DNA of 64,000 nt from Candidatus Heimdallarchaeota archaeon. Its GTDB lineage: Archaea > Asgardarchaeota > Heimdallarchaeia > Heimdallarchaeales > Heimdallarchaeaceae. Below are positions 60,809 through 64,000 of this stretch, in pieces. Position 1 is the stretch's first letter; every line of letters begins with the position of its first letter. Under the pieces are notes generated by a model. That model saw only the letters and a program-made list of their open reading frames with translations, ran no database searches and was not told the origin of the DNA. The stretch covers positions 1-64,000 of the forward strand of contig JAHLWR010000009.1 of assembly GCA_019057815.1 (NCBI GenBank). Reading direction: 5' to 3'. The position numbers and the translations under genes were made by a program.

Positions 60809-61847
60809 TATTATCACACACCATTTCTTCGTAGACATCACTAAAGAGTGCTTGCGAGATAGTTACTACATTAATATCAACGGGACAGTAGGATACACAT
60901 CGACCACATCCAACACAAGCAGGTTGTCCCCACTTTCCAATGTACTCTTTGAGTTTATGAGTATAATAGAGCTTTATTCTCTGGGTTCTATTAGGTCTGA
61001 AATCATGCCCCCCTGCAACTAATGAATATCCTGGAAGAGTACAGCTATCTAGCATTCTTTCTCTCACACCTTTATCAGCTGACATTACTATTTTGTCTTC
61101 AACATTGAAGCAGTTACATGTTGGACACACAAGACTACATACCCCACAAGATAAGCATTTGTCACCAAATTCGTCCCAGACATCAGAATCATAATTAAGA
61201 TGGATGATATCAGGCATATATTTGAATGGTATAGAGGTTTCAAACATTTCTGAGCGGCTTTTTTGCCATCTAATATATTCAGCTATATCCTCTTTAGTAA
61301 TATCTTCAGAGAACAGATTTTCTGCAGAAGCGATTAGGTACAATCCCTTGCTTGACCCAACCCAGACTAAGTAATGATTTTCAAGTTCTGTTAAGAATAA
61401 GTCAAAGCCATCTTCTACAATATCAGTACCTGTAGATTGGCAAATACAGTTTTTGTCAGGTAAGCAAGAATGACCTACTAGAATTAGATTATTTCTTCTA
61501 CTTTCATAGTAAGGATCTTTTATATTATCTAAGAATAATTTATCAAGTATTTTTACAGCATGGATATCACAAGGATGGATGCCTAACACTATATTAGTTT
61601 CAGATTGAGGAAAGATATCTTCCACACTTTCTGAATCGAATTTTTGAGTAATGTATCTTGGAGGTGTTAAGAACTTTTTAATCCCAAGAATTGTTCTTTG
61701 ATAATTAAAATCCATTTCACTATATTCATTTACTTGTTCGAATGAGTGTTGATCCTTTTGTTTCACAGGACCATACAAGTTTCCTTTATTTGAAAGGAAA
61801 TTTATGAAATTAGGAAATTTATCTTTTGGAAGCTTATAAGTCTTCAT
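60801..61847 (-). CDS. hydB: Group 3b hydrogenase beta subunit (4Fe-4S dicluster)
   Basis: GIHPCD, CLSCGVCSLVCPTCNCF, CVGCGRCVSYCP. Confidence 0.93.
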   Translation of the reverse strand: MKTYKLPKDKFPNFINFLSNKGNLYGPVKQKDQHSFEQVNEYSEMDFNYQRTILGIKKFLTPPRYITQKFDSESVEDIFPQSETNIVLGIHPCDIHAVKILDKLFLDNIKDPYYESRRNNLILVGHSCLPDKNCICQSTGTDIVEDGFDLFLTELENHYLVWVGSSKGLYLIASAENLFSEDITKEDIAEYIRWQKSRSEMFETSIPFKYMPDIIHLNYDSDVWDEFGDKCLSCGVCSLVCPTCNCFNVEDKIVMSADKGVRERMLDSCTLPGYSLVAGGHDFRPNRTQRIKLYYTHKLKEYIGKWGQPACVGCGRCVSYCPVDINVVTISQALFSDVYEEMVCDNNE

Positions 61848-62003
61848 TAAGGTGTTTGAAAAGTAGCACCTATATATAATTTTTCAAACATACGGGGTTT
61901 TAAAGCGTTATAACTCATAAATACTGCTCTTTGATATACAGCATTTAATAGAGTAATTAGGAGAAAACATTTATCTAATAGTGAGAAATAGCCATAGAAC
62001 TAG

Positions 62004-63065
62004 ATGAAGAGAATTCTTGTCACGGGAGCTACAGGTTGTACAGGTTTAGGTGTTCTAAGATATTTTAGCTGTCGAAATGGATATGAATTATATGGTTTAG
62101 TTCGTAAAATACCTGCTCAACCCATTGATGGTGTAACCTATGTTACAGGAGATTTTACTGATTATAGTTCTCTTCTAGAAGCATTAAAAGGAAAAGATAT
62201 AGATACAGTATTACATATAGGAGGAGCTATTAGACAAAAAACAAAGAATAAAGATTTTTATCGAGTAAATGTTGATGGAACAAATAATCTCTTGAAAGCA
62301 TGTAAAAATTCGAAAGTCAAAAAATTCCTGTTTGTGAGTACAACAAGTGTTTATGGCACGAAATTGGAAATCCCAGTAAAAGAAAATCATAAAACAAAAT
62401 CTATAGGTCATTATTCTAAATCAAAGTTAGCTGCTGAGTTCTTAGTTCAAATTTTTTGTGAAGAAAATGGTTTGAATGCAGTCATACTCCGACCACCAAT
62501 AATTTCAGGGAGAGAAGATAGACACTTTTATCCTATTGTGAAAAATCTAATAAAAAGAAATATTTTTCCGATTCTAGGCAAAGCTGAACATCTCATTGCA
62601 TTTGTTCATCCATATGATATTGCTCAAGCAGTTGAATTAACATTAATGGAAAGAACAGTAAAAGTTGAGACATATAACGTAGTCTCATTTAATATAACAA
62701 TTAAAGAATTTATTAGAAAGTTAGAAAAGAATTTAATAGGAAAAAACCGTTTCAAAATCCATATTCCATATTTCATTGCTTATCTAGGTGCATTTTTAAT
62801 CGAATTAATAGGTTTTGTTATCTTTCCGAGAAGAGAGCCTTTTTTCAACAGAGAATACGCTGCTATGATCGGAAAAGACTGGATCTTTGAGACTTCAAAA
62901 CTTGGAGCTCTTGGTTATAAGCCTGTAATTACTTTAGAGCAAATTATTGATGATATAATGAAAGAAGAAGCTCTTATACCCCCACTAGCAGAAGATTTAA
63001 GAGAATTAGAAGAAGTAGTAGAAAGGTATAGAACAAAAGAACTTCAAGTCATAAGGGAAGAATAA
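62004..63065 (+). CDS. NAD-dependent epimerase/dehydratase (extended SDR)
   Basis: VTGATGCTG, VNVDGT, STTSVYG, YSKSK. Confidence 0.92.
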   Translation: MKRILVTGATGCTGLGVLRYFSCRNGYELYGLVRKIPAQPIDGVTYVTGDFTDYSSLLEALKGKDIDTVLHIGGAIRQKTKNKDFYRVNVDGTNNLLKACKNSKVKKFLFVSTTSVYGTKLEIPVKENHKTKSIGHYSKSKLAAEFLVQIFCEENGLNAVILRPPIISGREDRHFYPIVKNLIKRNIFPILGKAEHLIAFVHPYDIAQAVELTLMERTVKVETYNVVSFNITIKEFIRKLEKNLIGKNRFKIHIPYFIAYLGAFLIELIGFVIFPRREPFFNREYAAMIGKDWIFETSKLGALGYKPVITLEQIIDDIMKEEALIPPLAEDLRELEEVVERYRTKELQVIREE

Positions 63066-63119
63066 TAGGTTTAATTGTTTGAAAAAAAGTTATGAAAATA
63101 AAAAATTGGAAGCAAACCT

Positions 63120-64000
63120 CTAGTTCTGTTTATCTCTCAGAAATGTTATCAAATTGATAATTATCGCAGGATCAGAATAAGTGAAAATTTGACTTTCTTC
63201 CATTGAACCGTCTCTTAAAGAAATAACCAAATTCAGACTACTATCCTCATACTCTTGTATAACTGAAACAGTGGAGATTGGGCGAGCATAAACGCTTTTC
63301 CCTGGTGTTCTAATGAAAATCCTTTCCTCGGTTACCCAAATATTGCCGTCTTGCCCAGTTATTGCACCTGTTGTAGATATAATTGAATCAATATAGAGAA
63401 TCTTCTCTCCTCTTGCTGTACTTTCCATTTCTTCAGTAATTGCTCGATTAACAGGAGTTAGGGCAAAAAGCATATTGATGAACTTGTTGAAGAGAGAGTC
63501 TTCAATAGCTATAAATTGAACTCTAGATTCTTTCTCTAATAATATTACCATATTCTTTTCAGTTATTGCTAAGAGAGAAGAAGTAGGCCCTCCAACCTTA
63601 TAGTAATTAGTAATTTTACCTTCAAAGAATCTATTGAATAGACTATCATGGGGTTCATCAAATTGTTCAAAGATGTAAATGTAATCTCTAGCATCAAGCT
63701 TTTCAGAGAAATTTCCAACTGTGTAGAAACCATATTCGTGAGTAGGACCTGAAGTATCAAAAATACTTTCAAGGTATTCAGAAAGATCAGTAAATTGTTC
63801 CATCCATTGCTGAAAACGTTGTAAAGGGTTATGTGCAATGAAAACAGCAGGCTTTGAATCTTCATCTTTTCCTACAAAACCTTTTTTGTACAAATCGTCT
63901 AGTACTTCATAGATTTTAGCTTTAGGAACTTTAGATTCATCAGCAATAGTTGGAGCTGTTCCTTCTTTCAACTTGACAATTGCAAGATAAGCTCTGGAAG
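63120..64000 (-). CDS. TrmB-family transcriptional regulator (5' end beyond window) with C-terminal PH/GRAM-like domain
   Basis: Frame open to the window edge: SRAYLAIVKLKEGTAPTIADESKVPKAKIYEVLDDLYKKGFV; C-terminal GNIWVTEERIFIR. Confidence 0.82.
   Translation of the reverse strand, partial: SRAYLAIVKLKEGTAPTIADESKVPKAKIYEVLDDLYKKGFVGKDEDSKPAVFIAHNPLQRFQQWMEQFTDLSEYLESIFDTSGPTHEYGFYTVGNFSEKLDARDYIYIFEQFDEPHDSLFNRFFEGKITNYYKVGGPTSSLLAITEKNMVILLEKESRVQFIAIEDSLFNKFINMLFALTPVNRAITEEMESTARGEKILYIDSIISTTGAITGQDGNIWVTEERIFIRTPGKSVYARPISTVSVIQEYEDSSLNLVISLRDGSMEESQIFTYSDPAIIINLITFLRDKQN

Noticed and set aside
477-63865. Numerous short antisense or alternate-frame ORFs in the track (e.g. 1066..1431, 16908..17387, 38247..38570, 54900..55346)
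   Set aside because: Fully overlap well-supported genes and carry no motifs; shadow ORFs

Overview
AT-rich archaeal DNA. TBP, TrmB, a group 3b [NiFe]-hydrogenase operon, an expanded family of NosD-like beta-helix surface proteins, IDLSPL-type LRR and zf-PARP suggest an Asgard archaeon, probably Heimdallarchaeia (inference). About 45 genes: six beta-helix loci (one a pseudogene), VapBC and RelBE toxin-antitoxin pairs, ABC/ECF/MFS/MMPL/CPA2/LctP transporters, two histidine kinases, a TBP, tandem ferritin-like genes, an acyl-CoA ligase, a threonine-synthase-like pseudoenzyme fused to a wHTH, a nitroreductase and hydBGDA plus maturation protease. No rRNA, tRNA, CRISPR array, transposase or reverse transcriptase was recognised. 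The main unexplained signal is a ~233-bp non-coding element present twice in opposite orientations (7595-7828 minus, 39043-39274 plus, ~82% identical by hand alignment). It has imperfect 18-bp terminal inverted repeats, TA flanks, an internal TATA-like box and a ~170-nt multi-stem RNA supported by compensatory base changes that runs up to the right end. Two empty-site paralogues in the window show it is an insertion. It resembles a non-autonomous mobile element carrying only a structured, possibly guide/omega-like, RNA. A second theme is accessory cassettes bounded by direct repeats made of host gene ends.
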